A stretch of DNA of 64,000 bases from Eledone cirrhosa (lineage: Eukaryota): contig CAXHJY010000876.1 in assembly GCA_964016885.1 (NCBI GenBank), positions 1 through 64,000 on the forward strand, written 5' to 3'. The translations under genes and the position numbers were made by a program. Below are positions 1 to 16,826 of the stretch, piece by piece. Numbering within the stretch: the first letter of the stretch is position 1; each line of letters starts with the position of its first letter. The notes beneath the pieces were generated by a model. The model searched no databases and had not been told where the DNA came from. It was given only the letters and a program-made list of their open reading frames with translations.

Positions 1-17
1 CATTATTTTGCTTTCCA

Positions 18-60
18 TGCCCTTGATAAACCCGCTCAGGGCGAAACGTACGTAGGCGCA
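18..60 (+). ncRNA. Minimal type-I hammerhead motif, U3-A8 variant
   Basis: tgccc TTGATAA a ccc gctca ggg c GAAAC gtac GTA ggcgca. Loop III is the palindrome GTAC; 10.1-11.1 is mismatched. Confidence 0.55.
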
Positions 61-119
61 CTATTATATAAACATGTTTTAACGGTTCTAAACTCTTTGT
101 ATTCATTTCCCTTATATAC

Positions 120-150
<31 letters not shown>

Positions 151-344
151 AGATATATATGTATGCATATGTATTTATATATATATATATATAAAAAGGA
201 AGAAAGACAGTGGGTTGAGGAGTTATTGCATAACTGTTTCTGGCTCAAAGCTGTTCATTTGCGAAACACGTGTTATCCGTAGTTACGAATAGAATATGTT
301 GTATTAAAACTTTGATGTCTCATTCTAATACCTATATTTATATT

Positions 345-393
<49 letters not shown>

Positions 394-403
394 AATATAT
401 GCA

Positions 404-505
<102 letters not shown>

Positions 506-510
506 CTCTC

Positions 511-566
<56 letters not shown>

Positions 567-567
<1 letters not shown>

Positions 568-978
568 AGATCAAAAAGATGGTTAAATGAGTTCCATGGA
601 TTTTATTATGCGCATTTCAAAAACAAATATCATCATGCAATAACATTTGTGTTTTCAATCAGATAAAATAGAAGGACATGATATGAAGGTTAAAAACAAT
701 TGTGGATAGTGCAGTTTTAAATTCAACATATGATTTAAAACTGCACTATCCACAAGTGTTTTTAACCTTCATATCATGTCCTCCTATTTTATCTGATGAA
801 AACACAAATGTTATTGCATGATGATATTTGTTTTTGAAATGCGCATAATAAAATACATGGAACTCATTTAACCATCTTTTGATCTTATATATTATGTATA
901 CTCCAGTCCTACAAACTGTAGAGTGCTTCTTATCCGATATCTGCATTGCTTCATTGTACTACAATAAAACTCACCTCC

Positions 979-980
<2 letters not shown>
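567..980. mobile_element. Penelope-like fold-back element (inverted arms 567-~722 and ~733-886, plus a 3' tail) inserted in (TA)n
   Basis: Near-perfect palindrome of about 320 bp, flanked by TA tracts, with a hammerhead motif in each arm. Confidence 0.8.
785..855 (+). ncRNA. Type-I hammerhead ribozyme motif, intact core
   Basis: Helix I tattttat/ataaaata (8 bp); CTGATGA at 793-799; long helix II (acaaatgttatt-gcat-gatgatatttgt); GAAAT gcgc ATA. The antisense-arm copy (~601-668) has a 1-nt insertion in the core (CTGATTGA). Confidence 0.85.
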
Positions 981-1029
<49 letters not shown>

Positions 1030-1354
1030 CTGAAGACAGCATATATATGTGATGGTATGTATATTCTCCTTGATAGTTTGTATAATTTTGTACATAGATC
1101 TTTTGAATATGCATGCCAATTCTAACACATATATGTCCTAGAAACGATCGTTAAATAATGAACTTTTTTTGTTTAATATAAGGAACTGTTTCTTTGTTTT
1201 ATTCATTATTTTTTTAATATTTTATCTTGACTCTGTATTCCGTTTATCTTTCACCGAAAGTGATTTTTGAATGCATCTCTTCTTTCCATGATATCCGGAT
1301 TACATTGAGTTCTTCATACGGATTGGACACTACCGTAAACTTTTGGTAGATTTA

Positions 1355-1392
<38 letters not shown>

Positions 1393-1921
1393 CTACTATT
1401 ACATTTGGAATGCTTCTCAACAATTTCATTACCTAAGGCATTCAACTTTTGAATAACATTATTCTTATAGTTTAGTCAACAGACTGAAAATATAAAAAAG
1501 GTATTTGGACATTAAAACAAATTCTATCCAAAATCAGATATTTTAACATTTCAAGATGAAAACAAGCGAAAATAGAGAAAAAATTATTTTTATCAAAATA
1601 ACTTCACAGGTCATTTTATTTCAATTTAATTTATAATCATATTGTATTTCAATTATGTCTCTCCACCCTCTCTCTTTCACACACTCTCTCTCTTTCCCTA
1701 TATTTATTCCTCTCTACCCCCCCCCCCCACTCTCTCTATCTGTCTGTCTCTCTCTCTCACTCTCTCACCCCCTCTCTCTCTCACACACACATACACTCTC
1801 TCTATGACTGTCTTTCCTCGCGAGTCTGTCTATCCTCGCGAGTCTGTCTCCTTCTCTGGTATCACTCTATGTCTCTTTCTGTCCCCGTCTCTCTGTCTCT
1901 CTGTGTGTCTCCATCTCTCTC

Positions 1922-1962
<41 letters not shown>

Positions 1963-1990
1963 ATCTCTCTCTCTCACTGTTTCTACCTCA

Positions 1991-2048
<58 letters not shown>

Positions 2049-2373
2049 TCTCTCTCCGTGCCTCTATATCGCTATATCTATCTCTCTTTCTCTCTGTCTC
2101 TCCTTCTTTCTCTCTATGTCTCTCTCTCGTTTCTCTCTCCCTCTCTCTTTCACCCCCCCTCTCCCCCTCTCTCATATGTCTCTCTCACTCTCTCTCTTCT
2201 CTTTATCCCTGTATCTACCTTGTTAAAACGTTCATTTAACCAGAATTTTACAAGAAATGTAATAATCACCTTCAAACTCAGACGTTGCTTCTTTGAAGGC
2301 TTTTGTTTTTGACATTTTTTTTTGTGTGTGTGTGTGTGTGGGGGGGGGGGATGTATGTATGTGTGTGTATGTA

Positions 2374-2406
<33 letters not shown>

Positions 2407-2720
2407 TTATGTGTGTATGCTTTTGTGCGTGTGAGAGTGTGTATATATGTTTATATATATGTGTGTGTTTGTATGTATGTATGCGTGTGTGTGTGTGTCT
2501 AAGTGTTTGTGTGTATGTATATATGTATATATATATATGTGTGTGTGTGTATGCTTGTGCACATATGTAAGTATGTGTATATGTGTGTTTGTGTGTATAT
2601 ATATATGTGTGTGTTTGTATGTGTGAGTGAATGTATGTGTGTTTGTGTGAGTGTATGTGTGTGTGTATGTATGTGTGTTTGTCTGAGTGTGTGTGTGTGT
2701 CTGAGTGTGTGTGTGTATAG

Positions 2721-2769
<49 letters not shown>

Positions 2770-3229
2770 ACGCTTGTGTACTTATAAGAGTGTGTGTATA
2801 ATTGTGTTTGTATATATATATATATATGTGTGTGTGTGTATGTATAGTGTGAGTGTATGTATGCGTGTGTATGTGTGAGTGCATGTATGTGTGAGCGTAT
2901 GTATGTGTGTGTATGTGTGAGTGCATGTATGTGTGAACGTATGTATGTGTGCGTATGTGTGAGTGTATGTATATGTGTATATGTGTATATATGTATATAT
3001 GTATATATGTGCAGTATCGTAAACACTAGCAGACGATATAAACCCCGGTCGTCGCTCTCTCCTTTACAATATCCACTTGCAGTTTATTCCACAGAAACAA
3101 TAAAGTCTGAACTAAATGATTGCAGGACGTCATACTATTTCTTCCTCAGTAGTGAATCATTCACCTTCAAAACATTAAATACTGAACTGATAATTGTGTT
3201 TAACAGACATACATTGTCAGTAATTTGGG

Positions 3230-3690
3230 GAGGATGGGGGAAGTCGATTACATCGGTCCACCCTAGTATATCACTGGTACTTTGTTTTATCGACCCCGGA
3301 AGTATGAAAGACTAAGTTGATGTTGGCTGGGTTTGAACTCAGAATGTAGAAAATTGATGCTAAATAAATACCACGAAACATTTCGTCCGACGCTCTGCCG
3401 ATACTGTCACTCCATGAACTCAGAACGTAAAGGGCCATAGCTCTATGCTGCAAAGCACGGTGTCTGACGCTCTACCGATGCTGCCAATCCACAGCCCTCA
3501 TAATAATTGTTTCTACTTTTGGTACAAGGCCAGCAATTACCTCAGTGCATTACTGGTACTTTATTTTATCGGCCTCATAGGGATGAAATGCAAAGTTAAC
3601 CTCGACGGGATTTGAACTTTGAACGTAAAGGGTCATGACTCTATGCTGCAAAGTATGGTGTCTGACGCTCTACTGGTACTGCCAATGATA
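3230..3690 (-). mobile_element. Cluster of tRNA-derived cephalopod SINE copies
   Basis: Reverse complement of the gagttcaaatcccgccgaggttaactttgcctttcatcc...cgataaaataaagtaccag family (B-box-like GTTCAAATC) seen elsewhere in the window. Confidence 0.75.
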
Positions 3691-3799
3691 ATAATAATAA
3701 TGGTTTTTGATTTAGGTACAAGACCAACAATTTGGGGATTAAATCGACCCCAGTGGTTTCTGATAAACGATTTTCAGTTCAACAAATAGGCAATTCCGT

Positions 3800-5160
3800 A
3801 ACCCATTCTTACATTCCACCACCCATTCTGTCATCCATTCTTTCATTCCGCCAATTATTCTCCCATTCTGTCATCCATTCTTTCATTCCGCCAATTATTC
3901 TCCCATTCTGTCATTCTGTAACCCATTTCATTCTGTCATCCATTCTTTCATTCCATCCTCTATTCTTTCATTCCACCATCCATTCTGTCATCCATTCTTT
4001 CATTCCATCCTCTATTCTTTCATTCCACCATCCATTCTGTTATCCATTCTTTCATGCCATCCTCTATTCTTTCATTCCACCATCCATTCTGTCATCCATT
4101 CTTTCATTCCATCCTCTATTCTTTCATTCCACCATCCATTCTGTTATCCATTCTTTCATTCCATCCTCTATTCTTTCATTCCACCATCCATTCTGTCATC
4201 CATTCTTTCATTCCATCCTCTATTCTTTCATTCCACCATCCATTCTGTCATCCATTCTTTCATTCCATCCTCTATTCTTTCATTCCACCATCCATTCTGT
4301 TATCCATTCTTTCATTCCATCCTCTATTCTTTCATTCCACCATCCATTCTGTCATCCATTCTTTCATTCCATCCTCTATTCTTTCATTCCACCATCCATT
4401 CTGTTATCCATTCTTTCATGCCATCCTCTATTCTTTCATTCCACCATCCATTCTGTCATCCATTCTTTCATTCCATCCTCTATTCTTTCATTCCACCATC
4501 CATTCTGTTATCCATTCTTTCATTCCATCCTCTATTCTTTCATTCCACCATCCATTCTTCCAACCTGCTGCCACTTCTCCGATTCTGTCATCCACTCTTT
4601 TATTTTGTCACTCATTCTTCCATTCTGTCATTCTGTAGCTCATTTTATTCTGTCATCCCTTCTTTCACTCCGCCATCCATTCTTCCGTTCTGTCATTCTG
4701 TCACTCATTCTTCCATTTTATCATTCTGTAGCCCATTTCATTCTGTTATCCCGTCTTTCACTCCACTATTCATTCTTCCATTCTGTCATTCTGTAACCCA
4801 TTTCATTCTGTCATCCCCTTTTCGACTCCGCCATTTATTCTTCCATTCTGTCATTCTATAGCTTATTTCATTGTCATCCCTTCTTTCACTCCGCCATTCA
4901 TTCTTCCATCCTGTCATCCTGTCATTCTGTAGCTCATTTCATTCTGTCATCCCTTCTGTCACCTCGCCATCCATCCATTCTGAGCTAATTTTATTCTGTC
5001 ATTCCTTCTTTCACTCTGCCATCCATTCTTACATTCTGTGATTCTGCCACTCATTCTTCCATTCTGTATTTCTGTAACCCATTTCATTCTATCATCCGTT
5101 CTTTCACTCCGCCATCCATTCTGTCATTCTGTCATCCATTCTTCTATTCCGTCATCCATC
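3800..5160. repeat. 52-bp minisatellite (core ~3930-4560) with diverged flanks
   Basis: Unit ttctttcattccatcctctattctttcattccaccatccattctgtcatcca. Confidence 0.9.
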
Positions 5161-5519
5161 GTATATTCAATCACTGCAGAGTTCTGGAGCCGATCTTATA
5201 CTTAAACCTTTTAGTTCTATGTTCGAATTCTGCCAACGACTGTGCAGCCATTTTGTCATCGATTTTTGTGTCAAGAAATGATCAATGTTGCAAAATAACG
5301 TACAAAGGAAATGTAGAGCAGCCGATAAGTGTACACACATATATAAATATATATATATTTATATATATATTTATCTATGTATGTATATATATATATATAT
5401 ATATAACACACACACATATATATATAGATATATATATAGATATATAACTTTCTTTATATAGATATATAGATATATCTATATATATATGTGTGTGTGTGTG
5501 TAATATATATATATATATA

Positions 5520-5605
<86 letters not shown>

Positions 5606-5945
5606 TCTCGCGTAAATGTAGAGACACTAAGCTTAGCCACTTCAACCACAACCCAGCCCACCTTTCGCCACGTCTTCAAGAAAGACAAAGACTGTTGTGT
5701 CTGGAAGAGATAAAGATCTGTGAAGTAAGATTGAAAGATTACGTCTGAACGAGAAGAGATTTAACCCCCTTCATGCTAGACCGCCTGAAACCGCCCTTCA
5801 TTATCTGACACGTAGTCGTTTGTTTTAAAGTGTTTATTTTTATATAAAAACCTTCCATCATAATTTATAATTTTACGTAAGGTCCTTATGTTAGAATTTT
5901 ATGAGAGAAAGTTTTTTTAAACGACTAAATCTTTCCAAATTCTTG

Positions 5946-6061
<116 letters not shown>

Positions 6062-6652
6062 AATGGAAGTTTTGTAAAATCGAAGTTTCGGCTGTAGCCA
6101 AGCTAACGAAATACAATTAGGAATTATGCAGCCAAGCACTCGATGAGGCTGTGCTCAGAGTAATAACATACGTTAGTAGGACAAATTGAAAATTGTGGCA
6201 GGAAAGCCTAGCCACAACACCGATGCAACGAAAAAACTTTCAGGTTAGACAACAAACCTGGACCGCCTCGAAAGGTACTGCGCCTTGCCTCCAATAGGTT
6301 TCTATGAATCCAAAATCAACAATCCTACTTGCGCAAGTATGCAAGTTTTTGGTGTTTGATGACCGAACTGAGGATCCATGTTGTCAACAGGTTTCATATT
6401 TCAAATTAATTAACGAAGTTAAAAACTCACATTAATTCCCTGTAATTTAGGGAGCTCAAGGAATATACATTCCGGGATCTTTATAAATCAACATATATAT
6501 AGAGAGAAGTACACATAGAGATATGTGTTCAATCATAGGGGTTCAAAAACCACCAGAGTGACGAACATGTTACATATGGAAGGAAAATAATATATTAAGG
6601 TATACTAACCATTCATTTATAACAATAACATCCGGACATGCTCAAATAAGAG

Positions 6653-6707
<55 letters not shown>

Positions 6708-6913
6708 AAATGTGTGTAATCCTTGGTACAGTTAGGTATATTAAGACAGGGGGGAAGAAAAAATGGCTTCACTTGTGCTTTCAACAAATTTATTTTCTTC
6801 ACAAAATCCAAAAAGAATTTTTCTTAAAAAAAATTATTTTATAAATTAAGTTGTTGGTTGTTGGTTAGGTCTTAGGAGTTCTTGGTTAACGTAGGAGGTA
6901 TTGTTTCGTTTTT

Positions 6914-6950
6914 AGAAAGACCTTTCACGCTGAGGTGCGCTTGTCAAACT
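6914..6950 (-). ncRNA. Degenerate hammerhead motif, U3-A8 variant
   Basis: Minus strand: agt TTGACAA gcgc acctca gcgt GAAAG gt CTT tct. Helix I is weak. Confidence 0.4.
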
Positions 6951-7122
6951 GATGTGTATGTGGTGTGTTGTTCTATATATAGGGATTTAACATGTCTGTG
7001 GTGTGGTAGGGGTTTCTTTTCTCCCCCTTTAATAAGTGCATGGGTGTAGGTGTGTTGAAAAAGTGTTCATAGCAGTAATGAGTTGAGACGGTGAGTAGGG
7101 TTGGGTGGGGAGAAACTTAGCA

Positions 7123-7162
<40 letters not shown>

Positions 7163-7264
7163 AATATGGGGAGAAGAATACTGCATGGTTGCACATGGAT
7201 AACATGTTATAAAATGAGTCCCTCATCAGTGATTTGCCAACGGTCATTGGATTAAAAATATATA

Positions 7265-7735
<471 letters not shown>

Positions 7736-7738
<3 letters not shown>

Positions 7739-7945
7739 CGAAGGAGGTGTGGTAAGGAACCAGATGGACCATAACGCACCAGAGTACTAAATACTTAGAG
7801 TAGTAGAGTGGGTAATATAGGAAAATGTTTAACCCCGACGGCAGAGTTCAAGCCGTTTCGGCGGCTATTTCTGGATTAAATTTAGTCCAGAAATAGCCGT
7901 CGAAACGGCTTGAGCTCTGCCGTCGGGATTAACCATTTCCCTATA
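7736..7945. mobile_element. TA-inserted repeat family A, fold-back copy (axis 7880/7881)
   Basis: Shares sequence with 18540-18650, 21641-21837, 42597-42730, 42775-42890, 48880-48932 and 61423-61611. Contains GAAACGGC..GCCGTC, a hammerhead 3' half. Confidence 0.8.
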
Positions 7946-7980
7946 TATATACAGTATATATATATATATATATATATACA

Positions 7981-8025
<45 letters not shown>

Positions 8026-8077
8026 AAAAAGTATGACCCCGTTATGGTCCATCTGGTTCCTTACCACAATTCCATCG

Positions 8078-8111
<34 letters not shown>

Positions 8112-9194
8112 CGATGGAATATATGTATATATATATATACATATATATAAAATCCTAAAAAGTGTTTTCATGAGGAGGATACAACGCGTAGCCGAAATCG
8201 AACTAGTGACCTTATGGTTGTGAGGCGAACACCCTAACCATTAAGCCACACACCTTCACAAACCAATTGAAAGAGTCTTTGGTACAATCTGAACTAGAAT
8301 TGCAAGAATTGAAACACATTAAACGCGGAAACAAAGACACACATACGCCTCCACACACACACAAACACTTACACATGCGCATTCTATGGACCCATGCACA
8401 CATGGCGTGTACACACAGGCATGCACATAGAAAAATACACCAACACAGACAGATACACAGTACAATACAAGCACACATAGAGATGCAAACGCACGCACAC
8501 TGATTCTGATGTGTGTGCGTATGTATAGTTATGTATAGTTATTTCCACATTGACTGAATGCGCGTGTGCATGTGCATGTACGTGTGCATGTATATGTATC
8601 ACAATGGGCGTATGATTGTGTGCTCGTACGTACGTACGTACGTGTGTGTGTGTGTGTGCGTGTGTTGTGTATAATGTATATGCACGTACGCACCCTACAC
8701 GCACAGATACACTCCGTCACCACGCATAGGCCACCACTACCTCCACCACCTCCACCGCCACCTCCATCGCCACCACCACTATTACCACCTCCACCATTAC
8801 CGCCATGACCAACAGCACCATCACCACCGTCAGCATCACCACAAAACTACCACTGCCACCAGCTTACCCCACCACTACCACCACCACTACCACCACCACT
8901 ACCACCACCACCATTACCACCACGACCTACCACTGCCACCAGCTTACCCCACCACCGCTACCATCGCCTCACGCCTACACATCGGCCCCCCGCCGCCACC
9001 ACTACAGTGCTGTTCTCTATAGAAATCTGTTAATATATGGTGAGCTCAACTTAATGAAGACTGTCGTATTCTGGGCAGAAAGTTTCCTGTTTTTTCAGGA
9101 GGAGGAGGGGAGGAGGGGGAGGGGGTGTTGGAGGAGTGGTAGGAGGTCGGTTTTAAATGAAGTATTCTGTCGTAGGTATTACTGCACACTTCAC

Positions 9195-9195
<1 letters not shown>

Positions 9196-9269
<74 letters not shown>

Positions 9270-9299
9270 TTGTTGTTGTTGTTGTTACTACTACGACTG

Positions 9300-9358
<59 letters not shown>

Positions 9359-9417
9359 GTTGCTGCTGTTGTTGCTACTGCTGTTGCTGCTGCTGCTTTT
9401 GCGACTACTACTACGAT

Positions 9418-9466
<49 letters not shown>

Positions 9467-9717
9467 GCTGCTGTTGCTGCTGTTGTTGCTACTGCTGTTG
9501 CTGCTGCTGCTTTTGCGACTACTACTACGATTGCTACTGCTACTGCTACTACTACTACTACTAGTACTACTACTGCTGCTGCTGCTACTGCAGCTGCTGG
9601 TGCTACTACTACTACTACTGCTGCTACTACTACTACTGCTACTACTGCTGCTACTGCCACCACCACAATCACCACCACACCACTACTACTACTGCTACTG
9701 CCACCACCACACCACCA

Positions 9718-9767
<50 letters not shown>

Positions 9768-9838
9768 GCTGCTACTGCCACCACCACAATCACCACCACA
9801 CCACTACTACTACTGCTACTGCCACCACCACACCACCA

Positions 9839-9885
<47 letters not shown>

Positions 9886-9972
9886 GCTGCTACTTCCACC
9901 ACCACAATCACCACCACACCACTACTACTACTACTACTGCTGCTGCTACTTCCACCACCACAATCACCACCA

Positions 9973-10003
<31 letters not shown>

Positions 10004-10223
10004 GCTGCTGCTACTTCCACCACCACAATCACCACCACACCACTACTACTACTACTACTACTACTGCTGCTGCTACTTCCACCACCACAATCACCACCAC
10101 ACCACTACTACTACTACTACTACTACTGCTGCTGCTACTTCCACCACCACAATCACCACCACACCACTACTACTACTACTACTACTACTGCTGCTGCTAC
10201 TTCCACCACCACAATCACCACCA

Positions 10224-10260
<37 letters not shown>
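9196..10260. repeat. Compound trinucleotide array (CTG/TTG/CTA/CCA) with higher-order repeats
   Basis: Read directly from the sequence. Confidence 0.95.
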
Positions 10261-10262
<2 letters not shown>

Positions 10263-10582
10263 ACGTTCCCTTTGAAGTTAGCGTACAAAAGATGGACGTG
10301 TATACATGTGTGTAGCTACATTACTGTCTTATACATATTGGAATTTCTGCTCACACACACACATGCAACATTTGAAAACATACATACATACACACACTTA
10401 TATATAAGTACATACACACATACATATATAGACACATATATACATACACACATATATATATGTGTATATATATGTGTGTATATATATATATGTGTGTGTA
10501 TATATATATATGTGTGTATATATATATATATGTATACACATATATATATATATATATATATGTATACATATATGTGTATATA

Positions 10583-10651
<69 letters not shown>

Positions 10652-10656
10652 ACATA

Positions 10657-10692
<36 letters not shown>

Positions 10693-10703
10693 CATATATA
10701 TGT

Positions 10704-10791
<88 letters not shown>

Positions 10792-10831
10792 ACACACACA
10801 CACACACATATATATACACATATATATGTAT

Positions 10832-10885
<54 letters not shown>

Positions 10886-10974
10886 ACATGTGGTAGCCAG
10901 AACAATTAAGAATAGAGTGAGAAAGAAAATAACTAACAAACAAAATAAATAAGGATGAACATATTGAGACCGAT

Positions 10975-11135
10975 GGATCAAAGAAATATTTGTGAAAGCT
11001 AAAAATATAAACAGGAACTAAATTAAATCACAACCGACCTGATATTGTTGTTTTGGACCTCAATATATAAACATTTGACATCAATTTAGTGAACAAAAAA
11101 TAGAGGAGAAAGAAAATATTTGTGGATCATTGCTG
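10975..11135 (+). pseudogene. Decayed R4/Dong-like restriction-like endonuclease fragment
   Basis: Encodes [16 protein letters not shown], then with disruptions DINLVNKK..EEKENICGSLL, similar to 31846-32154. Confidence 0.55.
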
Positions 11136-12004
11136 TATATATTTATATATAGATAGATCCGTAACTTCTGATGGAGTTTTTAGTGGACTCTTGGGCACAA
11201 TAAATTTGGCGGAGGTCACTTCCATTTATGTAGACATGTAACCAATATATAAATGTTTCATTATAAGTGAAACAAATACGCCTCCTGTAAATATATATAT
11301 GTATGGACTGGTAATTCCTAGTGGGCGCCGTAGTGACATATGCAGTGACATCTTGGGTATTTTAAGTCTTGTGAAGCTCACCCACTCTCCAGATCTAAAC
11401 ACAGCCGATTTCTTTTAAAGAAGAAGGGAAAAGAATTAACCCAGTACTGCACTGGTACTCCCCCCCCCCCGACTTCTAAAGGATGAAAGGAAAAGTTGAC
11501 CACGGCGCGATTTGAACTCAGAGGCTGAGCGCTGGTACGAATACCACAAACCATTCTATACGACGTTCTAATGACTCTCTCAGTTCGCTGTCTTTCGACC
11601 ATTGATGAAGAATTTACAAATCCAGTACTCCAAAATACACTTTCAGTGTTATACATATTAATATTGAAGCTAAAAGATATATATAAACCCACCTGGACCA
11701 AAGTATGGTTGAACTTGAATTCTTGTGGAAAGAATTCAGCTCTTTAATTCATAATCGCCTACAACGAGCTCCTGCAGTTTCTGTCAACGAAATTCCATTG
11801 ACAAAACATTGATCAACCCTAGGATGTAGCAGAGGACATGGCCCAAGGGGACTGAGCCTAAATCCCCGAGGCTACACTACAAAAGGACTCCTTAGCCACA
11901 CAATCATACCTGAGCCTATGTTATGAGGCATAACAGTTTTGAATGTACTGTTTTATTTGGACATTCTAAATTACATCTCTTGAACATTCTATTCCCTGAA
12001 CATG

Positions 12005-12360
12005 GACACAGCATGGTCGAATGGTGAAGATGTTCGCTTTGCAATCATTAGATCCCTGGATCAATCTCATTGCAGAGCATCTTGGGCAAGTATCAAGTGT
12101 TACTGTAGCATCGTGTTGACTCATGCCTTGAGAGTGAAATTGGGTAGGCGGAAACTGTTTGGAAGCCTATTGAGTGAATTGGTCTTGTAATTCAAATGAC
12201 CAGTTTTGTTACACATGCTGTGTCTCACAAATTCTCCATGAAAATTACATTAAGAGTACACGTCTTTGTGGAATACTCACCCAATTTACACGTTATTCTC
12301 ATGAGCAGGCTGTTCCGTTGATCGATATACTGTGATCTTCATCGTCGAATTCGACGGAGG
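12005..12360 (+). mobile_element. Old tRNA-derived SINE
   Basis: tRNA-like head (tggtcgaatggt...), cttgggcaagt core, and a tail shared with 53560-53660 and 54700-55100. Confidence 0.55.
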
Positions 12361-12729
12361 TCCATTGCATTCACTGCATTCATTGCATTCAGCTACGTTA
12401 CAGTTTTAGAAGTTTTACTATTAATTTTATGTACATTAACACTTCTTTCGTTTATTTATATATTCATACGCTGTCTATTTTTGGCACGACTGCAAATTTA
12501 GTTTGGTTTGGCGGTTCACACATATTTTTATGTATTTTATTTCTTCTCATCCAAGAAAGCATAATGTCTGGGAATAGTTATTATTCTGCGGGAAATTGAT
12601 TCACAGTATTTTTCCTGGTGACCATTTCTTGGATAGCATCAGATTTGACGATTTCATCGGAAACCTTCTGATATCAACAGGTTTGTTATTTAGTAGGAAC
12701 CAAATAGAAATTCTCTTTTATGTGAAATG

Positions 12730-12768
<39 letters not shown>

Positions 12769-13629
12769 TAATAATAAAAAGTGCCTGGAATAAACAACAT
12801 ACATTTAACTTCATTTATGTTTTGATGCATGGAGGGAAAAATGACTTTACACACTCGCCAATACACACACTATCACACACATCTACACCACCATGCACTT
12901 ACACACCAATGCATACACATAAACACACATAAACACACGCGCGCGCACGCACACACACGCACGCGCGCGCACGCACACACCAGCACATGCACACACAGGC
13001 AAACACCAGAGAAATACGAAAAGCAATTTATTATATTGTGCTTTGCAACAAAGAGTTACGACCCTATATGGTCTGAGTTCAAATCCCGCCGAGGTTAACT
13101 TTGCCTTTCATCCTTACGGGGGTCGATAAAATAAAGTACCAGTAATACACTGGAATAATTGCTGGCCTTGTGCCAAAAGTAGAAACAATTATATTGTGCT
13201 TTCTTCAAGATGTGTGGTCTTGTATCCATGTTTGAAAGAAAAAAAAATTGTGTAAATTGTTGCGTGGTTAAGATGTTCGCTTTGCAACCATGTGAATCCA
13301 TGTTCGATCCTAATGAATGGTACCTTGCGCATGTAACTTCTACCAAAGCCGTGAGTATAGGTATGTTTTCGCATGCATGCATACACATACATACGTACAT
13401 ACATACCCACACACGCATATATATGTATATAATCATAGAAGAGAAATATATTCGATGCACATGTATGTATATTTCCGGTGGTTTGTTCTAAGCTGTCGTG
13501 CAACCTGAACTCAATATTATGCAATACCACCCAAATGTACGAAATTGCATTGTCAGTTTGTGACTGATGAGGAAATTAAATGCGTTTGATCTTTCGTCCC
13601 TCGTATTTCGTTTCTTTTTCCTGTGCTAC

Positions 13630-14985
<1,356 letters not shown>

Positions 14986-15929
14986 TATGTGTGCATGTAT
15001 AATATATATGTGTGTGCGAATGAGAGATCGAACAGAATACATTCCACGAAATTAAATGCATCAATGTTGTTTTAAAGACAGAACCGAATGGAAATCAACA
15101 AATGTCTTTCTGCAACATGCAATGGAGGAAGCACAGGAAGAAATACGAAATACGCCATTTGATGACTCGTATAGTTAGATAGGATTCATCCAATTAGATA
15201 ACATTTCATTGAGTTAGATAAGTCTTATCCGATTAGATAACATTCATTCAATTACATTTCTCCCTGCGCTTTGTATACATCCCGCCATCATCCAGCGACC
15301 GTTCTCTACGGAAAAACCTGGCGATGTACCGCCATTGTTGTACGACAGCAGTGAGTGGTATTGTTTCTAAAGATAAGAACGCTATGGTTGAAGACATCCC
15401 CCACCTCCAACACACACACACACACACCAACTTATAGACAAATACACACAGGCATTCTATTTTCTAATATCGCAGCCATATAACCGCAGCTGTAGCCACA
15501 GTCACAGCCAAACGAACATCTTGCATTTTGAATCATATTAACCATAAGACGTTTTAGTGGATAAAAGCAAGAAATTCAATTAGGCGTTTCCTGAGAGTGA
15601 CATGGCGGCCAGTATTAACATCATTGTTATCATCACCATGTCGTCTTCAACATCACCAATACCGTTATCCTCAGAGTACTAGTAGTAGTAGTGTTGGTGC
15701 TTTTGCTGTTGGCTTTGGTGTTGATGTTATTCTTATTGCTGTTGATGGTGGTGTAGTATTAGTAGTAGTAGTAGTGTTGTTGGACACGTAGAACAGTTGT
15801 AGTGGTGGTGGTAGTAGAATTCTTAGTGGAGTTGGTAGTTTTAGTTTTGGTGTTGTTAATGGTTCTTCCGTTGTTGTTGCTAGTAGCATCAACAGTAGTA
15901 GTAGTAATAGCAGTAGTAGTAGCAGCAGC

Positions 15930-15966
<37 letters not shown>

Positions 15967-16135
15967 TCTAAATTTTAAAAAAGAAACATGAAGTTGGTTA
16001 TACTTTATACAATATAGTTGTTAATGTATTTATTAGTGTTGGTAATGGCGTTGCTGATGGTGATAGTAGTGTTGTATATATTTATAAGTATGTATGTATA
16101 ATACACATACCTACAAATATCACAGGTTTATATAT

Positions 16136-16234
<99 letters not shown>

Positions 16235-16681
16235 TATATAAATAAAATATATATATAAAAATAAATATATATATATATACTTACAAGTATGTGTATACAT
16301 AGCTGTATATCTCACCACAGGTATATATATATATATATATATATATATTTCTATCTATCTATCTATCTATCTATCTATACATATATATATATATCTATGC
16401 CAGAATTACTCCAGGATCCATGATAAAAGGGGAAAGATGGTTCAATCTTTATGAATATCGCGTTCAAAAACGTAAAGAAAAAACAAAAAAAGATACAAAC
16501 GAAAAAATACCGCCCCCACGACCAAACAAAAACAAAACAAAACAACAACAAAAAAAAAACAAAAAAAAAACAAGCAAAACAACAACAAAAATACCCGACT
16601 CTTTCCCTACCATTCCCTTCACAAATCTCTGTAAATCCTGTCTGTCGATTTTTTCCTTCCCAATTAACTGATATTCATCAG

Positions 16682-16826
16682 AAGCTTTTATGCTGTTCAC
16701 AAACTATTTCGGTGTATGGCGAGATTGTTCCTCGCCAAAAATTGTGTCCTCGCCTCAAGCTAAGTGTTGTAGTTACTTCAAACCCAAACCAATGGAATCA
16801 TTAATGATAGATATTGTATATATCCA
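16682..16826 (+). CDS. Candidate internal exon, claudin/PMP22-superfamily-like first extracellular loop
   Basis: Acceptor ttttccttccc...ttcatcag| and donor cca|gttagt. The open frame AFMLFTNYFGVWRDCSSPKIVSSPQAKCCSYF resembles the G(L/V)W-x-x-C...C signature. Other exons are uncertain. Confidence 0.33.

Noticed and set aside
8805-10952. 715-aa poly-L/T/Y ORF
   Set aside because: Trinucleotide and dinucleotide repeats with no domain signal.
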